Source of the DNA: Myxococcota bacterium
GTDB lineage: Bacteria; Myxococcota; JACRCW01
Length of the DNA stretch: 21,932 nt
Reading direction: 5' to 3'
Assembly (NCBI GenBank): GCA_040752415.1
Contig: JBFMGU010000181.1
Span: 1-21,932, forward strand
Shown here one piece after another: positions 8,014-16,800 of this stretch. Position numbers and translations under genes: made by a program. A model generated the notes under the pieces. The model saw only the letters and a list, made by a program, of their open reading frames with translations. It made no database searches and had not been told where the DNA came from. Positions within the stretch are counted from its first letter, which is position 1. Each line of letters begins with the position of its first letter.

Positions 8014-8376
8014 TCACTCTTCCGCGGCTTCACGCGCCTTGCGGCTCTTGCCCTTCTTGCCCCCGCCGCCGTGGCCGGACGCCTTCTCCTCCACGGCCTG
8101 CACCGCCTGGGCAAGCTCCGCGATGGCGTCCTCCAGCTCCTCCAGCTTGCCGCGCATGATGGCCACGTCCTCCAGCGTGGGCACGTTGAACGCGGACAGG
8201 ATCCGGGTCAGCCCCTTGTCCACCGTGCCCTTGGCCTTGAGCCCACTGGTGATGGCGCGCTGCAGCGCGGTGACAAACGCCTCATTGGACAGCAGCTGGG
8301 TGAGCAGCTGGGTCAGCTTCTCCTCGCCGAGCTTCAGGAAGGGGGCCACACCCGGCAGGTTGCTCTTGGCGCTCAT
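8014..8376 (-). CDS. Small coiled-coil protein, phasin/PhaE-C-terminus-like, with Gly/Lys-rich tail
   Basis: ATG 8376 with AAGGA RBS; motif FNVPTLEDVAIMRGKLEELEDAIAEL resembles the LNLPtr.Dv..l..rl..LE motif of PHA-granule-associated proteins; stop lies 3 nt before the ParA start. Confidence 0.62.
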   Translation of the reverse strand: MSAKSNLPGVAPFLKLGEEKLTQLLTQLLSNEAFVTALQRAITSGLKAKGTVDKGLTRILSAFNVPTLEDVAIMRGKLEELEDAIAELAQAVQAVEEKASGHGGGGKKGKSRKAREAAEE

Positions 8377-8510
8377 GGATGTCCTTGCCGCTCCACCGGT
8401 TTTGTCGGGGGCGCTCACGGGGTTGGCGCGCGTTGTGGCCCGTGATGACTTGGTGCGTCAAGCCGCGGGCGCTACAGATGGGGCCCCTGGCTCTGGCGGA
8501 AGGATGCGCA

Positions 8511-9371
8511 ATGCAGTGGTTGGCCGGCGCAACGCTCCTGGTGCTGCTTCCCGTGGTGGTGTTTGGCGTCAGTGTCTACGTGGTGGCCGTGTACGCGGCG
8601 TGGACGCTGGTGTGGCTGGGCGGAGGTCGCCGCGACCTGCCGGCGCACCCGGTTCGAGCCTTTGTGGTGGAGCTCTTCTGCGTGACGGCGGTGGTGCTGC
8701 TGAGCGCGCGCGCGTTGGGACGGCGCCTTGAGCGACTCCACGACGGGCGACCGGGCGCGGTGCCGGTGTTGTGCGTCCACGGGTACACGCAGAACCTGGG
8801 CAACTGGGTGGTGATGTCGTCACGCCTGGCGCGCGGCGGCACGGGAGCGGTCTACGGGATCAACCTGCGGCCCAAGTTCGTGGAGCTGGAGGTGTGGGCG
8901 GCGCAGATTGTGGACGCGTTGCGCCAGATCCAGCGCGAGACCGGCGCCACGCACGTGGACGTGGTGTGTCACTCCATGGGCGGGCTGGCCACGCGGCTGG
9001 CGCTGGCGCGACATGGCGCCGACGTCATGGTGCGTCGGGTGGTGACGTTGGGCTCACCTCACCGGGGCACCGTGCTGGCGCCATTGGGGCTGGGAGCCAA
9101 CGCGGCACAGATGCGCGTGGGGTGTGCGTTCCTGACGGGACTGCCGGAGGGCCCCGCCACGCTGACGTCGATCTGGTCCACCTGCGACGGCATGGTGCTC
9201 CCGGTAGACCACGCCGTCTGGGGCGGCCGCCAGGTGGTCTTCCATGACCTGGGCCATCTCAGCCTGCTGTTCTCCCCGCGCGTGGCCCACGCCACCGTGG
9301 AGGCCTTGACGGCACCGGAGGCTGCGCTGGATGTGACGTCGGCCCCCGCTCCCTCGCTTGCCATTGCCTGA
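8511..9371 (+). CDS. Alpha/beta hydrolase (lipase/esterase) with N-terminal membrane segments
   Basis: ATG 8511 after GGAAGGA; oxyanion PVLCVHGY; nucleophile CHSMGG; VVTLGSPHRGT; acid D in STCDGMV; His in LGHLSLL. Confidence 0.85.
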   Translation: MQWLAGATLLVLLPVVVFGVSVYVVAVYAAWTLVWLGGGRRDLPAHPVRAFVVELFCVTAVVLLSARALGRRLERLHDGRPGAVPVLCVHGYTQNLGNWVVMSSRLARGGTGAVYGINLRPKFVELEVWAAQIVDALRQIQRETGATHVDVVCHSMGGLATRLALARHGADVMVRRVVTLGSPHRGTVLAPLGLGANAAQMRVGCAFLTGLPEGPATLTSIWSTCDGMVLPVDHAVWGGRQVVFHDLGHLSLLFSPRVAHATVEALTAPEAALDVTSAPAPSLAIA

Positions 9372-10422
9372 TGGAAACCCCTTGAGCTCCAAGCGCACCC
9401 GGCCCGTGATCACCACCGCCGCCGCACCCGCGGTGACGAGCGCGGATGCGTCTCCGTCGACGGAGGGCCGCGTCCTGGGCCCCGGCATCCCGCCCGACCT
9501 GCTCCTGCGCCAGCTCCACGTGGTCATGGGCAAGGGCGGCGTGGGCAAGAGCATGGTCTCGCTGGGGCTGGCGCTGGGCCTCGCCCGTCGTGGCAAGCGG
9601 GTGCTGCTGTGCCAGGTCAACGCACCGGACGCGCATGGCCCGGTGCTGGGCACGTCGGTGGGCTCCGAGCTCAAGCAGGTCCGCTTGCGCCTGACCGCCG
9701 TCAACATCGAGCCGCGCGCCGCGCTGCGCGAGTACATGTTGATGGTGGTGAAGTTCCAGAAGGTCTACGAGGCCATCTTCGAGAACCGGTTCGTCTCGTA
9801 CTTCCTGCGCTTCGTCCCCTCGCTGGCGGAAATCAACATGCTGGGCAAGGTGTGGTTCCACGCCGAGGAGAAGGACGGTGCACGGCCGCGCTGGGACCAC
9901 ATCGTCGTCGACGCGCCGGCCACCGGGCATGGCATCACGTTCTTGAAGGTGGCCCGCGTGGTGAGCCGCACCGCCCCGCCCGGCACGCTGCGCGAGCAGA
10001 CCGACGAGATGGCCCGGGTGGTGGAAGACGCCGCGCGTACCGCCGTGCACGTGGTCACCACCCCGGACGAGCTGAGCGTGATGGAGGCGGAGGAGCTGCT
10101 GCGTCGCCTCAGCGACGAGAAGGTGGCCCCGCTGGGCACCGCGATCCTCAACCGCGTGCCGGAAGGCCTGTTCACCGGGCTGCCCATGGACACCATGCGT
10201 CGCCTGCAGGAGCACACGGAGCTGGGTCCGCTGGCGCGCCTGGCGGTGCTGCGTCAGCGTGAGGAGACCGCGGCGTTGGCGGCGGGAGGACGCCTGGTGG
10301 CGCACGGGTTGCCGCTGGTGATGCTGCCGGAGTCCCCCACGGAGAACTTCTCGCTCCCCGACGCCGAGCACCTGGCCACCGCGCTCACCGTCGATGCGCA
10401 GAAGGTGGAGGCCCACTCGTGA
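9358..10422 (+). CDS. ArsA/Get3-like ATPase, subunit 1 (start uncertain)
   Basis: GKGGVGKS Walker A, FVPSLAEINMLGK, WDHIVVDAPATGH, VVTTPDELSVMEAEEL, ILNRV. Confidence 0.85.
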   Translation: MPLPDGNPLSSKRTRPVITTAAAPAVTSADASPSTEGRVLGPGIPPDLLLRQLHVVMGKGGVGKSMVSLGLALGLARRGKRVLLCQVNAPDAHGPVLGTSVGSELKQVRLRLTAVNIEPRAALREYMLMVVKFQKVYEAIFENRFVSYFLRFVPSLAEINMLGKVWFHAEEKDGARPRWDHIVVDAPATGHGITFLKVARVVSRTAPPGTLREQTDEMARVVEDAARTAVHVVTTPDELSVMEAEELLRRLSDEKVAPLGTAILNRVPEGLFTGLPMDTMRRLQEHTELGPLARLAVLRQREETAALAAGGRLVAHGLPLVMLPESPTENFSLPDAEHLATALTVDAQKVEAHS

Positions 10423-11561
10423 CGGAGCTCCGGCACCAGCTCGCGCACCGTCGGGTGGTGTGCACCGTGGGCAGTGGCGGCGTGGGCAAGACCACGTGCG
10501 CGGCGGCGTTGGGGCTGGTGGCGTCCGCCATGGGTCGCAAGGCGCTGGTGCTCACCATTGACCCCGCCAAGCGCCTGGCCTCCGCCATGGGGCTGTCGGC
10601 ATTGTCGTCGGAGGAGCGCGTGCTGGACGTGGAGATGCTGCGCGCCCACGGCGTGGACGCCAAGGCACCGCTGGCCGTCCGCATGCTGGATCTGAAGGCA
10701 AGCTGGGACGACATGGTGCGTCGCCTGGCGCCGAATCCCAGGCAGGCGGAAGTCATCCTGGCCAACCGCTTCTACACGTACATGTCGACGGAGCTGGCGG
10801 GCGCGCAGGAGTACATTGCGTGCGAGGCGCTCTACACGCTCTCCTACGAGCGCGACTACGACCTGGTCATCCTGGACACGCCCCCCACGGCGCACGCGCT
10901 GGACTTCCTGGACGCGCCCAGCCGCATCCTCTCCATCCTCGACAACGACGCGGTGAAGTGGGCCTCCAAGCCCGCGCTGGCCGCCGGCCGCTTCTCGCTC
11001 CGGATCCTCGACGTGGCGGGCGGCCAGGCCATGAAGGCCATCGAGAAGATCACCGGCATGGAGACGCTCAAGGAGCTCAGTGAGTTCCTGGTGCTCTTCG
11101 AGCAGATGTTCGACCCCATCCGGCAGCGCACCGCCGCGGTGCAGACGTTGCTGGGCGGCAAGGAGACCTCGTTTGTCCTCGTGGCCAGCCCGGAGCGGGG
11201 GCCGCTGAACCAGGCGCTGTTCTTCCTGGAGCGGTTGCGTGAGTGGCACCTGGGCGTGGGCGCGGTGGTGGTGAACCGCGTGCGCCACGCGCCGCACGGG
11301 GAGCTGGACGCCGAGATGTTGCGCTCCGCCCTGCTCACCGCGGGCTCTCCCACCGACGTGGCGGAGAAGCTGGTGGACGGGACGGAGCGCGCGCTGGTGG
11401 AGGCACGTCGACGGGCGCGGCAGGACCTGCGGGCCATGGCGCCGTTGCGCAAGGCCGCGCACGGGGCCGCGTTCATCGAGATCCCGCGGTTTGGCGACGA
11501 GGTCCATGACATCCGCGGCCTCTGGCAGCTGGCGCGTCACCTGGTTCCGTTCGAGGAGTGA
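10419..11561 (+). CDS. ArsA/Get3-like ATPase, subunit 2
   Basis: GSGGVGKTT, LTIDPAKRLA, LAGAQEY, YDLVILDTPPTAHALDFLDAP, VVVNRV; GTGA overlap with subunit 1. Confidence 0.9.
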   Translation: MTELRHQLAHRRVVCTVGSGGVGKTTCAAALGLVASAMGRKALVLTIDPAKRLASAMGLSALSSEERVLDVEMLRAHGVDAKAPLAVRMLDLKASWDDMVRRLAPNPRQAEVILANRFYTYMSTELAGAQEYIACEALYTLSYERDYDLVILDTPPTAHALDFLDAPSRILSILDNDAVKWASKPALAAGRFSLRILDVAGGQAMKAIEKITGMETLKELSEFLVLFEQMFDPIRQRTAAVQTLLGGKETSFVLVASPERGPLNQALFFLERLREWHLGVGAVVVNRVRHAPHGELDAEMLRSALLTAGSPTDVAEKLVDGTERALVEARRRARQDLRAMAPLRKAAHGAAFIEIPRFGDEVHDIRGLWQLARHLVPFEE

Positions 11562-11563
11562 AG

Positions 11564-12022
11564 ATGACCCACCCGGACGACCTCATGCACGACATCATGG
11601 AGGCCATTGGGCTGTTCCACCGTGGTGAGATGCAGGAGGCACGCCGCCAGCTCACGCGGTTGTGGGACGAGGTCACGCCCAACGGCGACCCGTTCCAACG
11701 CTGCGCCGTTGCCCACTACCTGGCGGACCTCCAGGACAATCCGCAGGACGAGCTGGCCTGGGACCTGCGCGCGCTGGAAGCGGCTTCCGCCGTCACCGAC
11801 GAGCACGCGAAGACATTCCACGGCGCCTTCGAGATGCGGCGCTTCTACCCCTCGCTCCACCTGAACCTGGCGTCCGACTACAGCAAGCTCGGTGACGTCG
11901 GAAAAGCGCGGGAGCACCTGGCCCTCACCCGCGAACGCCTGGCCGCCCTCCCCGACGACGACTTCACGCGTGGCATCCACGCCGCCGTGTCCCGCCTGAC
12001 GAAAAAGCTCGACGAAGGCTGA
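11564..12022 (+). CDS. Small all-helical TPR-like hypothetical protein
   Basis: ATG 11564 with GAGGAG RBS (alternative GTG 11558); HYLADLQD..ELAWDLRALEAA and TPR-like SLHLNLASDYSKLGDVGKAREHL. Confidence 0.72.
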   Translation: MTHPDDLMHDIMEAIGLFHRGEMQEARRQLTRLWDEVTPNGDPFQRCAVAHYLADLQDNPQDELAWDLRALEAASAVTDEHAKTFHGAFEMRRFYPSLHLNLASDYSKLGDVGKAREHLALTRERLAALPDDDFTRGIHAAVSRLTKKLDEG

Positions 12023-12047
12023 CTGCTGACGTCGGCGCTCGAGATGT

Positions 12048-12572
12048 CTACTTGCCCTCGGGGGCGGCGGTGGGCGGGCCGGGCTCTGACTCCGGCTTGA
12101 GCTTCACCGGCGCGGCGGCGGGAGAGCCTTCCGGCGCGGTGGGCTTGAGGCGGATGGGTTCCACGCCCACGCCGGTGCGGAGTCGCGGGGGCTCCAGCGT
12201 GCACTTGCCTTCCACGCACTTCGCCGTCGCCGAGCAGCTGATGTGCTGGCTGATGATCTGCGCGCACAGGAAGTCCTTGCACTGCGCGTCGCGGGCCGCG
12301 GCGGCTTCCTTCAACGCCGTCACCGCCACTGCCATGTCCGTCCCGCCGGCGCGACAGCCACAACAGTCCGCGGGCACGTGGACGCAGTCGGTGTCCTGCT
12401 TGCACACCAGCCACTCATCCTTGCGCGGCGACTTGGGACCCGTGGGCACCTGGGGCCGTCCCGCCGCGACGATGGGACCGCGCTTCTCCGCCTCCGGCGA
12501 GCAGCTGCACTTGCTGCAACCGGCCGCCATCACCACCAGCAACGCCAACCCCCAACGCCATGAGCACAACAT
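12048..12572 (-). CDS. Cysteine-rich lipoprotein of unknown function
   Basis: ATG 12572 with GGAGG RBS; lipobox MAAGC; disulfide-rich domain CKQDTDC..DCCGC...C..FLC......C....CVEGKC; Pro-rich tail. Confidence 0.72.
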   Translation of the reverse strand: MLCSWRWGLALLVVMAAGCSKCSCSPEAEKRGPIVAAGRPQVPTGPKSPRKDEWLVCKQDTDCVHVPADCCGCRAGGTDMAVAVTALKEAAAARDAQCKDFLCAQIISQHISCSATAKCVEGKCTLEPPRLRTGVGVEPIRLKPTAPEGSPAAAPVKLKPESEPGPPTAAPEGK

Positions 12573-12669
12573 GCCTGCCTCCACCGCCGGGCACTGTGCG
12601 GGTCCGGAAGCGCCGTGGTCAAGCGGATTGCCCCGCGCGGCCGGGGCCAGCGTAGGATTCCCATGCGCC

Positions 12670-15600
12670 ATGAAGTCGTTTGGGACCTACCAGCTGGTGC
12701 GGCTGCTGGGGACGGGCGGCACCGGTGAAGTGCACGAGGCCGTCCACGCGCAGACGGGGCGCACGGTTGCGCTCAAGCGACTCTTCCCCCACGTCATGCG
12801 CGACGAGGTGCAGGTCAACCGCTTCCTGCGCGAGTTCCGCGCCGCCTCCCGCGTCCAGCATGGCCACGTGGTGCGGGTCTACGACGTGGGTCGCGTGGAC
12901 GGGGTCCCGTTCTTCACCATGGAGCTCATCGACGGGGAGACGCTGCGTCGTCACGTGGAGCGCGGTGGGCTGGGCGTCCCGCGCGTTGCCAACCTGGCGC
13001 ACCTGTTGGCGCAGGTGGCCGACGCGTTGGCCACGCTCCACGCCGAGGGACTGGCCCACCGCGACATCAAGCCCGACAACGTCCTCATGCGGAGCCCCCG
13101 CGACGCGGTGCTCTGCGACTTCGGCCTGGCCCGCGGTGGCGACGAGGCCACGGTCACGCAGAAGGGTGAGCTGCTCGGGACGTGGCGGTACCTCGCGCCC
13201 GAGGTCATCGAGGGGGAGCTGGCCGGTCCGCCCGCGGACGTGTACGCGCTGGGCGTCATGGCCTTTGAGCTGTGCGCGGGCCGTCCTCCATTCCAGGGCG
13301 ACGACGCGGTGCTCCTGGTGGCCCACGTGGAGACGCCCGCGCCCCACCTGCGCACCGTGTTCCCCGACGTGGACCCGCAGCTCGCGCAGCTGGTGGACCG
13401 GCTCCTGGCCAAGTCTCCCGCGTCGCGCCCGACGGCGGCGCAGGTGGCGGAGCTGCTGGGCAAGCTGGGTGGCGACGCGCAGAAGGTCACCACGCAGGTG
13501 CGCGCGTTGCCGCGCAGCGGTCCGGCGGCGTTCGTGGGACGGGAGCGGGAGCTCACGGGGCTCATGGGTCTCCTCGAGAACGTGCAGGAGCCGCGTCTCG
13601 CCGTGCTGTCCGGGGCCGAGGGCATGGGCAAGTCGCGGGTGCTGGCGGAGCTCTCCCGTCGGGCGCAGCGCGCGGGCCACGTGGTGGTGAGCAGCCAGGC
13701 CACCCACGACGTCAACCTGCCCTACCAGCTGTGGCGCGCACCCGTGGGCGCATTGGCGCGTCGCCTGCGCATGAGTCCCCCGGACTTCGACAACCAGCGC
13801 GCCCTCTTTCCCGCGGAGCACCGCGCCCAGGTGTGGCGGCAGGTCCGGGCCATTCTCGAGGAGGCGGCGCGTCGCAAGCCGCTGGTGCTGTTGCTGGACG
13901 ACGCGGACCTGGCCGACGAGCTCAGCCTGGCCGTGTTGCGTCGCATGCAAGGTCCCGACGTGCGAGGCGTTCCCCTGGTCGTGATGGCCGCGGCGCGCGA
14001 GGCGGGCGCGGTGCTCACGCAGCTGGTGCATCCCAGCGGGTGCCATCACGTGACGTTGGCGCCGCTGTCGGTGGCGGAGAGCCAGGCGTTGTTCCGGGCT
14101 TCCACCACGGTCGAGGACGCGGCCGCCTTGGAGCGCACCGACGTCAGCGACGGCATTCCCGCCCGCGTGGTGGCCGCCGCCCACGCCTACGCCGCCGACG
14201 GGGAATCCACCGAGCTCAACCCCCACGCGCGCCCCTCCGAGGAGACCGAGCGTCTCGCCATCATTGCCGACGCGCCGGTGCTCACCCCGTCCCGCACGTT
14301 GGCCGTTCCCGGAACCACGCTGCGGGTGGCCCCCGCGCTCGCCGTGGAGTGGACGCTGGCGGTGCTGGAGAGCCGGGTTCCCGTCGTCATGCTGCTCCGC
14401 GTGCTGGGGCTCTCGACGGAATCACCGGAAGGTGCATCGGTCCTGGATGGGATCCAGCAGCTCATGGCGCGGGGCGCGGCAACGGAGGACAGCGCGGGCC
14501 GCGTGGATTTCTCCTCGGACGCCCGACGAGCCCACGCCAGCGCCGCCATTCCCAACACCGCGCGGACCGCGTTGCATCGTCGGGTGGCGGAGGTGATCAG
14601 CGCGCGCGCCGACGCATCCGCGGCCACGGCGGAAGTGGTGGCCTATCACCTCATCAAGGCCGGCCAGCCCGAGGAGGCGGTGGATCACCTGGCGCAGGCC
14701 GCGGAAGCGGCGGTGGCGGTGTGGGCACCGGAGAAAGCGCTCTCTCTCGTCGGACGGGGCCTGGACGCACTGGCACTCCGGGAGCCCAAGGACTCCGGTA
14801 CCACGCTGCAGCGCGCTGCTCGCGTCGACGCCGCACGCACCGCCGCGCTCGAGCTCATCCTCCTGCAGGTGCTGCAGGCGCGCGGGTCCGCGGCCACCTA
14901 CTTCCAGGCTGCCCACGACGTGCTGGCCGTGATGAACCCGGCGCAGCGCCCCGGCCTTGCCAGCGACGTCGAGGCGCACCTTGCGGAAGCGGCATTGCAG
15001 GCAGGTCGGTGGTCGGAGGCGCTCAACCACTCACGGGAGGCCCTGCTGCTCGCCCGCAAGGCCCGCGACCCGCTCCGTGAAGCCGACCGCGCCCTCCTCA
15101 GCTTCCGCGTGCGCACCGCCGCCAACCAACGCGACACGCGGGGTGACCTGGCGCTGGCGCTGCACCTCGCCCGTCGGTCCCGCGACGCGGCGCGCATGGT
15201 CCCTGCCCTCATCCAGTGCGCGGTGACGCACCTGCGCGCCGGTCGTCCCCGCACCGCGCTGCGCCCGGCCGAGCGCGCGGTTCGACTCGGTGCTCGTCGT
15301 GCCACGGGTCCGTTGGCCCTGGCCGCTCGTCGGGTGAAGGCCAGCGCGCTGCTGGACCTGGATGAACGGACCAGGGCCCTTGACGTCGTCATTGGGCACG
15401 TGGCCGACACCGAGGCCGCCGGGTTCCTGCAGGAGGGTGCGGAGGGATTGCTGGAGCTGGCGCGGTGCCACCGCAACGGGTTGGAGCTGGAGGCTTCGCA
15501 GCGCGCGCTGCAGAAGGTGGCGCAGGTGGCGGAGGAGATGGAGCTGCGCAACGTCCTGCTCGCGTGTCGCAGCCTGCAGCTGCATGGCGCCGTGCTGGCC

Positions 15601-15999
15601 GCGGTGCAGGGCGGGACACTGCGGGAGTTCTGTCGTGACGAGATGCCGACGCTGCTCAAGCGCGTCCGCGACCTCACCACGCCGCAAGCCGACCCCTGGA
15701 TCAACGTCGACCTGTGGTTCCACGAGGGGCTGCCGCGCGTCCTCGCCGGTGAGCGCGGGGCGGTGCGACAATTGGACCTGATTGTGCGGGCCGCAGCCAA
15801 TGAGCAGCCTCGTCGGTGGTTCGAGCGCAAGGCGTGCTACGTGGTGCTGGCGGAGGCGGTGCGTCTGTCCGGCAGCGTCGAGGGTGCGCGCGAGCTGCTC
15901 AGACGCGTGATGCAGGACGAGGATGCCCGCGGCGGCGAGGTGGCGCGCCTGGCGGGAACCATCGTGGGCCGGACCGGGGGCGAGAAACGCGGATCCTGA
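12670..15999 (+). CDS. Hanks-type Ser/Thr protein kinase fused to a P-loop NTPase (AAA_16/STAND-like) and a TPR-like helical region
   Basis: GTGGTGEV, VALK, RFLRE, HRDIKPDN, DFG, YLAPE, DVYALG; then FVGRERE, Walker A GAEGMGKS and Walker B LLLLDDAD; helical repeats from VAYHLIKAG onward. Real start ATG 12670 (MKSFGTYQL). Confidence 0.9.
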   Translation: MKSFGTYQLVRLLGTGGTGEVHEAVHAQTGRTVALKRLFPHVMRDEVQVNRFLREFRAASRVQHGHVVRVYDVGRVDGVPFFTMELIDGETLRRHVERGGLGVPRVANLAHLLAQVADALATLHAEGLAHRDIKPDNVLMRSPRDAVLCDFGLARGGDEATVTQKGELLGTWRYLAPEVIEGELAGPPADVYALGVMAFELCAGRPPFQGDDAVLLVAHVETPAPHLRTVFPDVDPQLAQLVDRLLAKSPASRPTAAQVAELLGKLGGDAQKVTTQVRALPRSGPAAFVGRERELTGLMGLLENVQEPRLAVLSGAEGMGKSRVLAELSRRAQRAGHVVVSSQATHDVNLPYQLWRAPVGALARRLRMSPPDFDNQRALFPAEHRAQVWRQVRAILEEAARRKPLVLLLDDADLADELSLAVLRRMQGPDVRGVPLVVMAAAREAGAVLTQLVHPSGCHHVTLAPLSVAESQALFRASTTVEDAAALERTDVSDGIPARVVAAAHAYAADGESTELNPHARPSEETERLAIIADAPVLTPSRTLAVPGTTLRVAPALAVEWTLAVLESRVPVVMLLRVLGLSTESPEGASVLDGIQQLMARGAATEDSAGRVDFSSDARRAHASAAIPNTARTALHRRVAEVISARADASAATAEVVAYHLIKAGQPEEAVDHLAQAAEAAVAVWAPEKALSLVGRGLDALALREPKDSGTTLQRAARVDAARTAALELILLQVLQARGSAATYFQAAHDVLAVMNPAQRPGLASDVEAHLAEAALQAGRWSEALNHSREALLLARKARDPLREADRALLSFRVRTAANQRDTRGDLALALHLARRSRDAARMVPALIQCAVTHLRAGRPRTALRPAERAVRLGARRATGPLALAARRVKASALLDLDERTRALDVVIGHVADTEAAGFLQEGAEGLLELARCHRNGLELEASQRALQKVAQVAEEMELRNVLLACRSLQLHGAVLAAVQGGTLREFCRDEMPTLLKRVRDLTTPQADPWINVDLWFHEGLPRVLAGERGAVRQLDLIVRAAANEQPRRWFERKACYVVLAEAVRLSGSVEGARELLRRVMQDEDARGGEVARLAGTIVGRTGGEKRGS

Positions 16000-16071
16000 C
16001 CCCGGTGGCGACGAGGGCTTGTGGGGAGGGGCGTTCTCCAATAGTGGTGGCCGCCTTCCCAGGAGAGCCGC

Positions 16072-16800
16072 TTGCGTCCAAGACTCGGTGTGAACATCGA
16101 CCACGTGGCCACGCTCCGTCAGAGCCGCGGCACGCGCTACCCGGACCCGGTGGTGGCGGCGGGCATCTGCGAGAACGCCGGCGCCGACCAGATCACCATC
16201 CACCTGCGTGAGGACCGTCGTCACATCCAGGAGCGTGACCTGCGCATCCTGCGCCAGACCGTGACGACGAGACTGAACCTGGAGATGGCCGCCACCCAGG
16301 ACATGCTCAAGGTGGCCTACGAGCACAAGCCGGACACCGCCACGCTGGTCCCGGAACGTCGTGAGGAGCTCACCACCGAGGGCGGCCTGGACGTGACCCT
16401 GCAGCGCGACGCGCTCAAGCGCTTCGTGCGCAGCCTGCGCGACGCGGACATCTACACCTCGCTGTTCGTGGACCCGGACCTGGACCAGGTGCGCGCGTCG
16501 CACAAGGTGGACGCGCAGGCGGTGGAGCTGCACACCGGCAAGTACGCGGAAGCCCGCGACGACAAGGAGCGCCACATCGAGCTCCAGCGCATCACCGACG
16601 CCGCCAAGGCCGCCACCAAGCTGGGACTCAAGGTCTTTGCCGGCCACGGGCTCAACTACAACAACGTGGAGCCGCTCCTCGGCGTCGATGAGATCGAGGA
16701 GTACAACATCGGCCACGCCATTGTTTCGCGCGCGGTGCTCGTGGGCCTGGACATCGCGGTGCGCGACATGCTGGCCATCTTGAACCGGCAGCGTCGCTGA
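16072..16800 (+). CDS. pdxJ: Pyridoxine 5'-phosphate synthase
   Basis: [85 protein letters not shown] before TTG. Confidence 0.97.
   Translation: MRPRLGVNIDHVATLRQSRGTRYPDPVVAAGICENAGADQITIHLREDRRHIQERDLRILRQTVTTRLNLEMAATQDMLKVAYEHKPDTATLVPERREELTTEGGLDVTLQRDALKRFVRSLRDADIYTSLFVDPDLDQVRASHKVDAQAVELHTGKYAEARDDKERHIELQRITDAAKAATKLGLKVFAGHGLNYNNVEPLLGVDEIEEYNIGHAIVSRAVLVGLDIAVRDMLAILNRQRR

Noticed and set aside
9358..11561. Arsenic resistance operon
   Set aside because: No arsB/acr3, arsC, arsD or arsR nearby, and the motif pattern fits non-arsenic Get3/BagAB-like pairs.
12616..12631. Sigma54 promoter TGGTCAAGCGGATTGC before the kinase
   Set aside because: GG-to-GC spacing is 11 nt rather than the required 10.
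12052..12669. 206-aa N-terminal extension of the kinase ORF
   Set aside because: It is largely the antisense of the Cys-rich lipoprotein gene; the kinase domain begins right after ATG 12670.
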